Positions 39,355 to 52,001 are shown, counted from the first letter of the stretch. The stretch is 64,000 bases of DNA from Polyangiales bacterium (GCA_044229975.1 JBGARZ010000028.1:1-64000); one strand, 5' to 3'. Notes: generated from the sequence alone by a model not told the origin. Translations and numbers: made by a program.

Positions 39355-41055
39355 TCAGCCATGGACGGCGTCGCCGAGCTCGGCGATCGCCTTGTGCACC
39401 AGTTGGATGCAGATCGACCCCTCGCCGACCGCCGACGCCACGCGCTTCACGCTGTTGGCACGCACATCACCCACCGCGAACACCCCCGGCAGGCTCGTCT
39501 CCATCAGGTACGGCCGTCGCGCGAGCGGCCAACCGAGCGCCTTCGCATCGCCCAGGTCGTCGCCCGTCCGCACGAACTCCTTGTCGTCGAGCGCCACGCA
39601 CCCGCGCAGCCACGCCGTGTTGGCCATCGCGCCCGTCATCAGGAAGACGTGCCGCGTCGCCCGCGTGACCCGCTCGCCGCTGCGCGCGTCGTGCAGCGTC
39701 ACCCGCTCCAGCCGTCCATCCCCTTCGAGCGCCTCGACGGTCGTGCGCGTGAGGAGCTCGACGTTGGACGCCTCCTCGATGCGCCGGATGAGGTAGCGCG
39801 ACATGCTCTCGGCCAGCCCCGGGCCCCGCACCAGAACGCTCACCCGCGCCGCCGTGCGCGACAGGAACATCGCGGCTTGCCCCGCGGAGTTGCCGCCCCC
39901 GACGACGATGACCTCCTCGCGACCGCAGAGCTGCGCCTCGACGTGCGTGGCGCCGTAGTACACGCCGACGCCCTCGAAGCGGGCGAGGTCGGGCAGCTCG
40001 GGCTTGCGGTACTGCGCGCCCGTGGCGACGACCACGGCGCGGGCCCGCACGGACTCGCCGCCGGAGAGCGTGAGGCGGTACGGGCGATGGGTGCAGTCGA
40101 TCTCCACCACGTCGCGCGCGACGGTGAAGCGCGCGCCGAACTTCTCCGCCTGCAAGAGCGCGCGAGACGCGAGCGCCTGCCCCGAGATGCCCGTCGGGAA
40201 GCCCAGGTAGTTCTCGATGTGGGAGCTCGACCCGGCCTGTCCCCCGGGCGCGTGGGACTCCACCACGAGCACGTCGAGGCCCTCGGAGGCGGCGTACACC
40301 GCGGCCGCGAGTCCCGCTGGGCCTGCGCCCACGACCACCACGTCGCGCACCATGTCGGGGTCGAGCGGCGCGTTGAGCCCGAGGCAGTCGGCGACCTCGG
40401 CGTTGGTCGGTCGCTTGAGCACACGCTCGCCGCGGCAGATGAGGACGGGGATGTCGTCCGCGCCGACGTCGAAGGCGCTGAGCAGCGTCTTGATGTTGGG
40501 GTCGGTGTCGAGGTCCAGGTACGTGTGCGGGTGCCCGTTGCGGGTCAGGAACTCATGCACCCGCAGCGAGTCCGCCGAGCGCCGCGACCCGACGAGCACC
40601 ACGTCGCCCTGGTGATGCGCGATGAGCCCCGTGCGCCTCAGGATGAACGCCCGCAAGAACACCTCCGACAGCTCGCTGTCGGTCTGCACCAGCGAGAGCA
40701 GTCGCTCGCGCGGCACCTCCAACAGCACGCAGTCGGTCTCCGCGCGCCCGGCCACCAGCGTGCGGTGTCCCGCGATGAGGCTCACCTCGCCGGTGAACTG
40801 ACCCGCCTCGTGGACGGTGATGATCTCCTCCTCGCACGACGGCGGCTGCGGCGGACGGGTCACCGCGAGGCGCCCTTCGCACACGACGTAGAGGTTTACG
40901 TCGCGCTGCGCCTGCTCCCAGACCGTCTCTCCGGCCGCGACGTGTCGCCGGGTGCCGACCGCTGCGAGTCGCGCGACTTGCCCCGCCGTGAGCTTCGGAA
41001 ACATCTGTCCCTGCCGCGCGTCGATGGCGGCGGTGTCTTCGGTCGTGTCGCTCAC
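39355..41055 (-). CDS. cNMP-binding domain + thioredoxin-reductase-like FAD oxidoreductase
   Basis: MFPKL, FTGE (cNMP); GAGPAG, IENYLGFPTG, GGGNSAG, GDVR..SVKRVASAVGEG. Confidence 0.9.
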   Translation of the reverse strand: MSDTTEDTAAIDARQGQMFPKLTAGQVARLAAVGTRRHVAAGETVWEQAQRDVNLYVVCEGRLAVTRPPQPPSCEEEIITVHEAGQFTGEVSLIAGHRTLVAGRAETDCVLLEVPRERLLSLVQTDSELSEVFLRAFILRRTGLIAHHQGDVVLVGSRRSADSLRVHEFLTRNGHPHTYLDLDTDPNIKTLLSAFDVGADDIPVLICRGERVLKRPTNAEVADCLGLNAPLDPDMVRDVVVVGAGPAGLAAAVYAASEGLDVLVVESHAPGGQAGSSSHIENYLGFPTGISGQALASRALLQAEKFGARFTVARDVVEIDCTHRPYRLTLSGGESVRARAVVVATGAQYRKPELPDLARFEGVGVYYGATHVEAQLCGREEVIVVGGGNSAGQAAMFLSRTAARVSVLVRGPGLAESMSRYLIRRIEEASNVELLTRTTVEALEGDGRLERVTLHDARSGERVTRATRHVFLMTGAMANTAWLRGCVALDDKEFVRTGDDLGDAKALGWPLARRPYLMETSLPGVFAVGDVRANSVKRVASAVGEGSICIQLVHKAIAELGDAVHG

Positions 41056-41345
41056 GCCGAGAGCACCGCCTCGTCGACGTAGCAGTAGGCCCAGGTCTCG
41101 CCGACCTCCGCGGAGGTGACGACGGGGTGCTTCGTGGCGTGGAAGTGCCTGGTGGCGTGCTGGTTGGGCGACGAGTCGCAGCAGCCGACGTGGTTGCACG
41201 TGAGGCAGTAGCGAAGGTGCACCCAGCGGGCTCCCACCTTGAGGCACTCCTCGCAGCCCGCGGCGGGGCGCTGGACGTGGCGCACCGTGGTCTCGGCGAC
41301 GTGCTCGCAGGGGTTGGAGAGGTCGATGCGGTCGCGGTTGCTCAT
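41052..41345 (-). CDS. UBP-type zinc finger protein
   Basis: CEEC, WVHLRYCLTC.HVGCCDSS, HATRH, HPV, W.YCY.D. Confidence 0.9.
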   Translation of the reverse strand: MSNRDRIDLSNPCEHVAETTVRHVQRPAAGCEECLKVGARWVHLRYCLTCNHVGCCDSSPNQHATRHFHATKHPVVTSAEVGETWAYCYVDEAVLSA

Positions 41346-41449
41346 GCGGACACCATTGGGGTTGCAGGGAGGAGGAGGGCAGGGCTCACCAGTCCTATAC
41401 CGACAACGGCGCTTTCGGGCGTCTCCCTCGAAGGCGTAACGTCCTTTCC

Positions 41450-43489
41450 ATGGCGACCTCGACGACCCGCTGGAGCCTGCTGCTCGGGTCCGCGCTGACG
41501 GCGTGCAGCGCGACACCCGAAGACTGCACCGAGCCCGCGGGGTGCGTCGTCCCGGTCGACGGTGATGCCGCTGCTCCCGATGCGGGTGTCTCCTCGGGCT
41601 GGGACGTCCTCGCGCTCGACCGCAACACGGCGCGCCCGTCGGAGCTCGTCGCGCTCGAGCTCGCGCCCGTCGACCCGGTCATCGAGGTCACCGACACCGC
41701 GCGCCCGACCGTCACCTTCCGCGCCCGCGGGACGCAGCGCGACGGCCTCTCGCGCGCCCTCACCACGGGCGTTCGCTTCTCCCTCGACGACACCAGCCTC
41801 GGCGCCCTCGACATGTCCACCGGGGTCTTCACGCCGAGCGGGGTTGCGGGCGTCGGCCGCGTGCGCCTCGCCACCGTCGACGGCAGCGCGCTCACGGCCG
41901 AGACCAACCTCACCGTCATCGTGCGCCGCTCCTTCCGCGGTCCCGGCGTGACCGACGCGATGGTCGCCACCCTCACCGGCGCTGCGCTCACGGGCGAGGG
42001 GACGGCGCAGTCGCCGCTCGTCGACTATCCCCTTCAAGGGGCGGTGATGCCTCGCAACGTCTTTCCGCCCGACTTCCAGTGGACGCCGCGGCACCCAGGC
42101 GCGGCCGCCACGGACGTCTACCGCGTGCGCCTGGAGCGAACGCATGCCACCGTCGACGCCTACTTCGTCGCGGCCGCGGGCTTCCGTCACCAGTGGGTCC
42201 CCGAGGCGACGCTGTGGTCGGACTTCGCGCAGTCGGACGTCGGCTCGCCGGTGCGGCTCACGGTGCGGGTGCTCGCGCGCTCGATGGCGTGGCAGAGCGC
42301 GGCGCGGGAGTTTCGCACCGTCGACGCCTTCATCGCGGGATCGGTGTACTCGTGGTCGCCGTCGCGCATGGCGCTCACCCGACTCGACGTCGACTCGGCG
42401 CGCGTCACCAACTTCCTCCCCAACCCCGGCGACACCTGCATCGGTTGCCACTCGGTCTCGCGCGATGGCCAGCGCCTGTCGGGCTTCCTCGAAGGCAGCG
42501 GAGAAAACCTCGCCCTCTACGACCTCTCCCGCGACCTCACCGGAAGCCCCGCGCCGACGATCGCGCGCCTCCGCTACACCGTCCGCCGGTGCACCTCCTT
42601 CAACGCCGACGGCAGTCGCCTGGTGAGCGGCGATTGCGGCGCCAACCCGACCACCAACCGCTTCTCCCTCATCGACGCGATGACCGGCATGGAGGTCGCG
42701 GCAGCATCAGGATCACCCGGCGACGGCTTCGACCCCGAGTGGTCTCCCGACGGGACGGCCATCGCGTTTACCGACCGCACCAACAACCTCAACGTCACGC
42801 CCGCGATGGGCGGCGATCGCTTCGGTGCTGCGGCCGTCATCCACCGCGCGAGCAGCTCGCCCGACGGCGCTGTCGATTGGCACCCGACGTGGACGCCCGA
42901 CAGCCGCTGGATCGTCTACCAGCACGGCGACTCCCGCCGCTCGGGCGTGGCGATGGACGGCAGCGGCGTACGCGGGAACCTTTGGATGGTTCCGCGCGCG
43001 GGAGGGACGGCGGTGGCGCTGCGTCAGGCCAACTTCGGCGGCAATGGCTTTGACACCTGGCGGCCGATCTTCTCGCCCTTCGACTCGGGCGGTTACTTCT
43101 GGGTGCTCTTCACGACGGCCCGCCCGTACGGCAACACGCTCGCCGGAACGCGCAACCTCAAGCAGATCTGGGTCGCCGCGATCAACCGTCGTCCCGACGG
43201 CACCACCGACCCGTCGCAGGTCGGCTTCTACCTCTCCGGCCAGGAGCGCGTGAACTCCCTCTCGCCCTACTGGACCCCCGCGCCGTGTCGCCCGACGGGC
43301 CGCGGCTGCCAGACCGGCGCGGACTGCTGCACGGGCGTCTGCGAGCCCGACACGGCGGGCATGCGGGTGTGCGTTCCGCCGACGATGGCGTGCCGTCCGC
43401 GCGGTCAGATGTGCGAGCGCGACAGCGACTGCTGCATGGGCCTCGCGTGCAGCGCCGCCCGCATCTGCGACACGCCCTCACCGGGCTGA
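41450..43489 (+). CDS. TolB-like beta-propeller lipoprotein with Cys-rich tail
   Basis: LTAC lipobox, CIGCH, PEWSPDG/PTWTPD repeats, YFWVLFTT.R.YGN, QIWVAA. Confidence 0.82.
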   Translation: MATSTTRWSLLLGSALTACSATPEDCTEPAGCVVPVDGDAAAPDAGVSSGWDVLALDRNTARPSELVALELAPVDPVIEVTDTARPTVTFRARGTQRDGLSRALTTGVRFSLDDTSLGALDMSTGVFTPSGVAGVGRVRLATVDGSALTAETNLTVIVRRSFRGPGVTDAMVATLTGAALTGEGTAQSPLVDYPLQGAVMPRNVFPPDFQWTPRHPGAAATDVYRVRLERTHATVDAYFVAAAGFRHQWVPEATLWSDFAQSDVGSPVRLTVRVLARSMAWQSAAREFRTVDAFIAGSVYSWSPSRMALTRLDVDSARVTNFLPNPGDTCIGCHSVSRDGQRLSGFLEGSGENLALYDLSRDLTGSPAPTIARLRYTVRRCTSFNADGSRLVSGDCGANPTTNRFSLIDAMTGMEVAAASGSPGDGFDPEWSPDGTAIAFTDRTNNLNVTPAMGGDRFGAAAVIHRASSSPDGAVDWHPTWTPDSRWIVYQHGDSRRSGVAMDGSGVRGNLWMVPRAGGTAVALRQANFGGNGFDTWRPIFSPFDSGGYFWVLFTTARPYGNTLAGTRNLKQIWVAAINRRPDGTTDPSQVGFYLSGQERVNSLSPYWTPAPCRPTGRGCQTGADCCTGVCEPDTAGMRVCVPPTMACRPRGQMCERDSDCCMGLACSAARICDTPSPG

Positions 43490-44830
43490 TCGACGGCGCC
43501 TCCGCCCGATCAGCAGCGCCGCGAGCAGCGCCCCCAACACTCCGCGCGTCGGTCGCGTCTCGACGCCCGCCCGGCACTGGCAGCCGCCGTCCATGTCGCC
43601 CATCGGGTCGGCGTCGCCGCCGTCGCCGCCTTCGTTGACGCCGCCGCCGAGCTCGTCGACCACGTCGTCGGTCGCCACCGCGACATCCTCGCTCCCGGCA
43701 TCCGCCACGCCCGCGTCTGCCACTGCCACATCGACCGTCGGGACGTCCCTCGGCGCGACGACATCCACCGCTACACCCGCGTCGCGCGCCCTCGGATGAA
43801 CGAGCACCGCGCAGCGCACGGCATCGTCGGCGGGGCCGAACCACGTCGTCCCTTCCTGCACGAGCCCGTAGGTCTCGCTGATGGTCTGGTCGGCGTCGAC
43901 CTCGGGGATGCTGAGCACGAACGAGAACCGCCCTACCGCCCCCATCGCCGTGTCGCGATCGACCGCGGACGGCCGGGTGGCGCCGACCCAGTTCTCCATG
44001 TCGAAGAAGGTGCCGCGGTGGTCGCGCGGACTGGTGGTTCCGAGTCGTGTGCCGGGCGCGCTCCAGGTGGTGGTGCCGGTGTTGCGGTACTCGACGTAGG
44101 CCACGGGGCGCTCGCCCGAGCGGGCTTCGCGGGGACAGCTCACCGTCACGAGCGTCGCGGCATACGCGGGGGTGGTCGGCGGCGCGGTGCATCCCTCACG
44201 GGCGAATCCGGCGGCGGGCGAGCGGGCGACGCGGGCGGCGGTCATCGGGCCGTAGGCGCCGTCCTCGTCGATGCGGTCGCTGGTGTTGTTGACGTTCCAG
44301 AGGCGCTGGAAGGCGCGGACGGAGTCGGCGCGGCGGTCGGAGCCGGGGCAGTCGAAGTGGACGTCGTCGGTGCCGGGGTACGGGTGTCGGCAGCCCGCGT
44401 TGGTCATGGCGCGCAATGCGGCCGACCAGTTGGCGAGGTCGACGGCGATGCCGGTCTCGTGGTTGGAGTTGCCGGGTGTCGCGGCGAGACCGCAGGCGCC
44501 CGAGTGATAGAGCACGTACTGGTCGGCCAGCGTGCGAAACATCGAGTTGATGCGGATGGGGGTGACGGCTGCGGCGTTCCAGAGGGCGGTGCGCGCGCTG
44601 GCCTGGGCGAGCGAGAAGATGCGCGACTCGGAGAGTGTGACGCCCGCGTGCGGCGTGGCGTTGAGGAAGACGCCGGGGAACATGCAGATCTGCGTATCGA
44701 CGAGCTGACGCGAGACGCCGACGACGCCGGCGGTGGAGCACTCGCGGCGGGCGGCGACAGTGGCGACGGTCTGCGCAGAAGCGAGCGGGGCCGCGGTGAG
44801 GAGAGACAGGAGGAGGGCGACCCGGCGCAT
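43478..44830 (-). CDS. M15-family peptidase + PG-binding + Ig-like domain + MYXO-CTERM-like anchor
   Basis: SMFRT..Q..LY, PGNSNHETGIAVD, DVHF; FQRLWN..EDGAYGP.T; C-terminal GGCQCR-TM-RRRRR. Confidence 0.85.
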   Translation of the reverse strand: MRRVALLLSLLTAAPLASAQTVATVAARRECSTAGVVGVSRQLVDTQICMFPGVFLNATPHAGVTLSESRIFSLAQASARTALWNAAAVTPIRINSMFRTLADQYVLYHSGACGLAATPGNSNHETGIAVDLANWSAALRAMTNAGCRHPYPGTDDVHFDCPGSDRRADSVRAFQRLWNVNNTSDRIDEDGAYGPMTAARVARSPAAGFAREGCTAPPTTPAYAATLVTVSCPREARSGERPVAYVEYRNTGTTTWSAPGTRLGTTSPRDHRGTFFDMENWVGATRPSAVDRDTAMGAVGRFSFVLSIPEVDADQTISETYGLVQEGTTWFGPADDAVRCAVLVHPRARDAGVAVDVVAPRDVPTVDVAVADAGVADAGSEDVAVATDDVVDELGGGVNEGGDGGDADPMGDMDGGCQCRAGVETRPTRGVLGALLAALLIGRRRRRSAR

Positions 44831-44887
44831 GGGGCGCAGGATGCCTGAGGAGCCGAAACCATGCGAGGAGGGCGCGATGGTTTCAAC

Positions 44888-44926
44888 GCCCGCCAGTCGT
44901 GGGTTTTCAACCCGCGGCAGGCGGGC
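44888..44926 (-). terminator. GC-rich hairpin downstream of aceA (terminator or REP-like)
   Basis: GCCCGCC...GGGTT-ttc-AACCC...GGCGGGC stem directly after the aceA stop. Confidence 0.5.
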
Positions 44927-44935
44927 ACAGTGATC

Positions 44936-46213
<1,278 letters not shown>

Positions 46214-46263
46214 CGGTGTTCCTCTTCCTTGTGGGTTATCGGTTGTGGGTTGTGGGTTGAAGG

Positions 46264-47850
<1,587 letters not shown>

Positions 47851-47896
47851 GGCGGTGTCAATGTCAGTCAAATCATCAACCTGCTCAATTCACGGC

Positions 47897-47927
47897 TGTC
47901 AAAGCCTGTCATTGACAAGTGTTGACT
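47897..47927. promoter_or_regulatory. Palindromic operator candidate TGTCA-N5-TGTCA-T-TGACA-N5-TGACT
   Basis: Four half-sites symmetric about 47912 in the AT-rich aceB/regulator intergenic region. Confidence 0.6.
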
Positions 47928-47944
47928 GGTAAAGACCGTCGGTC

Positions 47945-49405
47945 ATGGCCGAGCGAATTGCAGTCAAGCGTCCGGATGCGCCGCGGTTGGGGGAGAAGGT
48001 GCGGGCCCTGCGCCGCCAGAAGGAGATGTCCCAGACGCAGCTCGCCGAGCGGCTGGGCATTTCGGGTTCGTATCTCAACCTCCTCGAAGCCAACAAACGG
48101 CCGCTCTCGGCGACGCTTCTCCTCCGCGTCGCGTCCGAGCTCGGCGTCGACCTCGGAACCTTCGCCAACGAGTCCGACACCCGTGCCGAGCAGGCGCTGC
48201 GCGAGGTGTTCGGCGATCCCCTCTTCGAGCCGCACGCGTTGACCAACGCCGACGTCCGCGAGCTGGTCGAGGCGTCACCCAACGCCGCGCGGGCGGTGCT
48301 CTCGCTCTACCGCGCGTACCGCAGCGCGCGCGAGTCGACGGACACCATGGCCGCGCGCATGAGCGACGAGGAGGCCGACGTGCTCGCGCTGTCCCGCGCG
48401 CCCACCGAGGAGGTCAACGACTTCATCCAGGCGTGCAACAACCACTTCCCGACGCTGGAGGAGCGGGCCGAGCGGCTCGTGCGCGAGGAGAAGCTGGAGG
48501 GCGACGATCGCTACTGGCGCCTCGCCGATTGGCTACGACGCACGCACGGCATCGAGGTGAAGGTCGAGCGCCTCGTCGACGAGCGCGGCACGTTGCGGCG
48601 CTACGACCGGGCCACGCGACGGCTCACGCTCTCGGAGCTCCTCCCGACCCGGAGCCGATCGTTTCAGCTCGCGCACCAGGTCGGGCTGCTCGACCAGAAG
48701 GCCGAGCTCGACCGGCTCAGCCACCACGCCATCCTCACCTCGCCGGAGTCGCGGGCGCTCGCTCGCGTGGCCCTCGCGAACTACTTCGCCTCGGCGGTGC
48801 TCATGCCCTACACGGCCTTCCTGCGCGCGGCGATGGACGAGCGCTACGACCTCGACGTGCTGGGGCGGCGCTTCCGGGTGGGCTTCGAGCAGGTCTGCCA
48901 CCGCGTCACCACGCTGCGCCGCGAGAAGGCTGCCGGGGTGCCGTTCCACATGATCCGCATCGACGTCGCGGGAAACATCTCCAAGCGCTTCTCCGCCTCG
49001 GGCATCGGCTTCGCCCGCTTCTCCGGCGCCTGCCCCAAGTGGAACGTCTTCTCCGCGTTCAACACCCCCGGGATGATTCGCATCCAGGTGTCGGTGATGC
49101 CCGATGGCCACCGGTACTTCTGCCTCGCGCGCACGGTGCAGAAGGAGGCCACCGGGTACTTCAACCAGCACCCGTTGCAGGCCATCGGCATCGGCTGCCG
49201 CATCGACCAGGCCGGGTCGCTCATCTACGCCGACGGCATCGACCTCACCAACGACCGCATCGCCATCGAGGTGGGCGTCACGTGTCGGAGCTGCGAGCGG
49301 AGCGACTGCGCCCAGCGGGCCCACCCCTCGGTGCGTCACCCGCTGAGCATCGACGAGAACCTCCGCGGCCCGACCATCTACACGTCGTCGACGTCTCGCG
49401 GCTGA
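47945..49405 (+). CDS. RamB/ScfR-family XRE regulator (short-chain fatty acyl-CoA regulator)
   Basis: XRE HTH (LGISGSYLNLLEANKRPL), ANYFA, EQVCHR, AGNISKR, C-terminal CRSCERSDC.QRA; divergent from aceBA. Confidence 0.92.
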   Translation: MAERIAVKRPDAPRLGEKVRALRRQKEMSQTQLAERLGISGSYLNLLEANKRPLSATLLLRVASELGVDLGTFANESDTRAEQALREVFGDPLFEPHALTNADVRELVEASPNAARAVLSLYRAYRSARESTDTMAARMSDEEADVLALSRAPTEEVNDFIQACNNHFPTLEERAERLVREEKLEGDDRYWRLADWLRRTHGIEVKVERLVDERGTLRRYDRATRRLTLSELLPTRSRSFQLAHQVGLLDQKAELDRLSHHAILTSPESRALARVALANYFASAVLMPYTAFLRAAMDERYDLDVLGRRFRVGFEQVCHRVTTLRREKAAGVPFHMIRIDVAGNISKRFSASGIGFARFSGACPKWNVFSAFNTPGMIRIQVSVMPDGHRYFCLARTVQKEATGYFNQHPLQAIGIGCRIDQAGSLIYADGIDLTNDRIAIEVGVTCRSCERSDCAQRAHPSVRHPLSIDENLRGPTIYTSSTSRG

Positions 49406-49407
49406 CG

Positions 49408-49686
49408 GCGGAGGGGGCTTGGGCCCGCTGTGCGCCGGAGTTCGCGTGACCCCATCGCGAGTCCGTGCAGTCGCTCACTCCGGGCTATTTCAGGTGGTCA
49501 CCTCGCTGCGCGAGGTTGCAGGGGCTTACGACCGACCACGAATGTCCAATGCGCTGTTCGTTGAAACCAGCGCTGCAACCTCGCGCAGCGAGGTGACCAC
49601 CTGAAATAGCCCGGAGTGAGCGACTGCACGGACTCGCGATGGGGTCACGCGAACTCCGGCGCACAGCGGGCCCAAGCTCCCTCCGC
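49408..49686. repeat. 279-bp palindromic element: 114-bp inverted arms with 51-nt spacer
   Basis: 49408-49521 is the reverse complement of 49573-49686 with one mismatch; fills the gap between two convergent genes. Confidence 0.95.
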
Positions 49687-50387
49687 TACGCGCACCCCTT
49701 CGGTCCGCAGACCTCGCCCTCGGTCGTCCCCTCTTCGGGCAGCGCCTCCCAGGCCTTGTTGAGCGCTTGCAGCAGGACGTCCGCCGGCTGCGCTCCCGAC
49801 AGCCCGTACTTCTCCGCCACCACATAGAAGGGCACACCGTTGATGCCCATCTCCCGCGCCGCGCCTTCCTCCTCGCGCACCTCGCGGGTGTAGCGGTCGC
49901 TCTCCAGCATCGCCGTTGCCTCGGCCTCGGGCACGCCCACTTCGCCCGCGAGCCGCGCCAGCACCGCGCGATCGCCGATGGCCTCGCCCTCGGTCATGTA
50001 GGCGCGAAACAGCCGCTCCTTCATCGCGCCCTGAACGCCGCGCTCGGCCGCGAGGTGCAGCAATCGGTGCCCGTCGAAGGTGTTGCCCGCCTTCGCGCGA
50101 TCGAAGCGCAGGTCGAGGCCGTCGCCCGCCGCGACATCCTTCGTCCGGTCGATCATGCCCTGCGCCTCGCGCTCGCTGCGGCCGTACTTCTTCGCGAGCC
50201 GCGCGGCGAAGGACACGCCGTCGTCGCGCACCGCCGGGGCCGTCGGGTCGAGCTCGAACGACCGCCACGTCACTTCCACCGCATCACGATGGGGAAAGCG
50301 TTCGAGCGCCGCTTCGAGCCGCCGCTTGCCCACGTAGCACCAGGGGCAGGCGATATCCGACCACACGTCGATGGAGAGCTTCTTCAT
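49686..50387 (-). CDS. DsbA-family (FrnE-like) oxidoreductase
   Basis: WSDIACPWC, FELDP, GVPFY, SGAQP. Confidence 0.92.
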   Translation of the reverse strand: MKKLSIDVWSDIACPWCYVGKRRLEAALERFPHRDAVEVTWRSFELDPTAPAVRDDGVSFAARLAKKYGRSEREAQGMIDRTKDVAAGDGLDLRFDRAKAGNTFDGHRLLHLAAERGVQGAMKERLFRAYMTEGEAIGDRAVLARLAGEVGVPEAEATAMLESDRYTREVREEEGAAREMGINGVPFYVVAEKYGLSGAQPADVLLQALNKAWEALPEEGTTEGEVCGPKGCA

Positions 50388-50510
50388 GGGCGCAGTCGTA
50401 CGGCGACGACACTCCGATGGCCAGCGCGGACAACCGACACCGCGCCGCGACCATTGGATACAACCGTCGTACAACCGCGCGCGTCGGACGGGAGCACCGT
50501 CGATGGTGCG

Positions 50511-52001
50511 ATGGAGACCACTCCCGTCCCGACCTCAGGCGACCGCGTCCGATGGTGGCTCGGTGGCGCGGCGATCGTCCTCGGGGCGCTCGCGATACGC
50601 GCCTGGAACCTCGGACGCGAGAGCTACTGGCTCGACGAGCTCTGCTCGCTGTCGACCATCCGCGGCGACTGGCACTCGCTCCTCGACGAGCTCGCCCGCA
50701 GCGACGTCCATCCGCCGCTCTACTTCGCGCTCCTCAAGCTCTGGACCCACGTCTTCGGAACCACCGAGGCCGCCGGTCGTTCGCTCTCCGTCGTCGCGGG
50801 TCTTGCCGCCGTGCTCTCCGCGGGCCGCCTCGCGCGTGAGCTCGCCGGTCGTCGCGTAGGTCTCGTCGCCATGGCCCTCGTCGCGTGCTCGCCCTTCTGC
50901 GTCTACTACGCGACCGAAGCGCGGGCCTACAGCCTGCTCCTCGCCCTCTCGCTCGAAGCCACGCTGCGCCTCGTGCGTGCAGCCCGCGACCCTCGCCCCG
51001 CAGCGCTCGCGGCCTACGCGCTCCTCGCGGTCACGCTCCCGTACACGCACGTCTTCGGGTCGTTCACGCTCGCGGCGCATGGGCTCACCGTCGTCGGCGC
51101 GGTCGTCGCTGGACGCATCCCACGTCGCACGGCGCTGCGCCTCCTCGCGGTGCTGGTGCTCGTGGGCGTGGCGTTTGCGCCGTGGGTTCCGGTGCAGCTC
51201 CGACAGATGCACCGGGTGAGTCAGGGCTTCTGGCTGCCCAGCAACGCGATGTGGTGGTGGACCACCTGGGTTCGCAGCGGCGACCTCGGAACCGTCTGGA
51301 CCCTCGGCACGGTCATCGCCGCGTCGCTCACCCTCCGCCGCTGGCTGCGCGATCGGCACGCGGGCACGGGTCTCCTCCTCACAGGTCTGCTCGTTCCGGT
51401 CGTCTTCCCGCTGGTCATCACCTACGCCGCGCAACCGGTGTTTCAGCCGAAGTACGCCATCGCCGCGACGGGTCTGCTGTTGGTGACGGCGGCCCCGACG
51501 CTCGCGCGCAACCTACCCGCAACGTTGTTGCTCTGCCTCGTCGGTGTCCTCGGCGCCGGTCGCGATCTCTACGTCACGCGCCACCGCGCCGACTGGCGGG
51601 CGCTCGCCGCGTTTGCGCGACAGGAGTCCGTCCGCCAGGGCGCGCCGCTCGTCATGAACCGCGGCCTCAACCGACAGCTCGCGGTCTACCTCGGTCAGCA
51701 CGTCGAGGTGCGCGACGTCGAGCCCGGCCGTGAGATGCGGCTGCCGCGTCGGTTCTGGCTGCTCAACGTGCACCCCGAGTGGACCGACCCGCGCCTCGCT
51801 CCATTGCTCGCCGCGCACTGGAAGCCCGTGGAGCGCAGGGCCTTCTACCGGGCCGAGGCGATTCTCTGGGAGGCCGAACGCGAGGGCGTCGACGAGGTCG
51901 CGCTGGAGGTACACAAGCCGCCCACGCCCGAGGTCATCGCCGACGCGGGCGTCGAGACGCGCACGCCGGAGCGTTGCCCCACCTCGCCGTTGCGCCTATG
52001 A
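50511..52001 (+). CDS. GT39/ArnT-like membrane glycosyltransferase
   Basis: SYWLDE, DVHPPLYF, EARAYS, multiple TMs. Confidence 0.85.
   Translation: METTPVPTSGDRVRWWLGGAAIVLGALAIRAWNLGRESYWLDELCSLSTIRGDWHSLLDELARSDVHPPLYFALLKLWTHVFGTTEAAGRSLSVVAGLAAVLSAGRLARELAGRRVGLVAMALVACSPFCVYYATEARAYSLLLALSLEATLRLVRAARDPRPAALAAYALLAVTLPYTHVFGSFTLAAHGLTVVGAVVAGRIPRRTALRLLAVLVLVGVAFAPWVPVQLRQMHRVSQGFWLPSNAMWWWTTWVRSGDLGTVWTLGTVIAASLTLRRWLRDRHAGTGLLLTGLLVPVVFPLVITYAAQPVFQPKYAIAATGLLLVTAAPTLARNLPATLLLCLVGVLGAGRDLYVTRHRADWRALAAFARQESVRQGAPLVMNRGLNRQLAVYLGQHVEVRDVEPGREMRLPRRFWLLNVHPEWTDPRLAPLLAAHWKPVERRAFYRAEAILWEAEREGVDEVALEVHKPPTPEVIADAGVETRTPERCPTSPLRL

Noticed and set aside
49419..49837. Short ORFs across the palindrome (49419-49604, 49526-49837)
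   Set aside because: They are mirror translations of the two arms, not credible genes.
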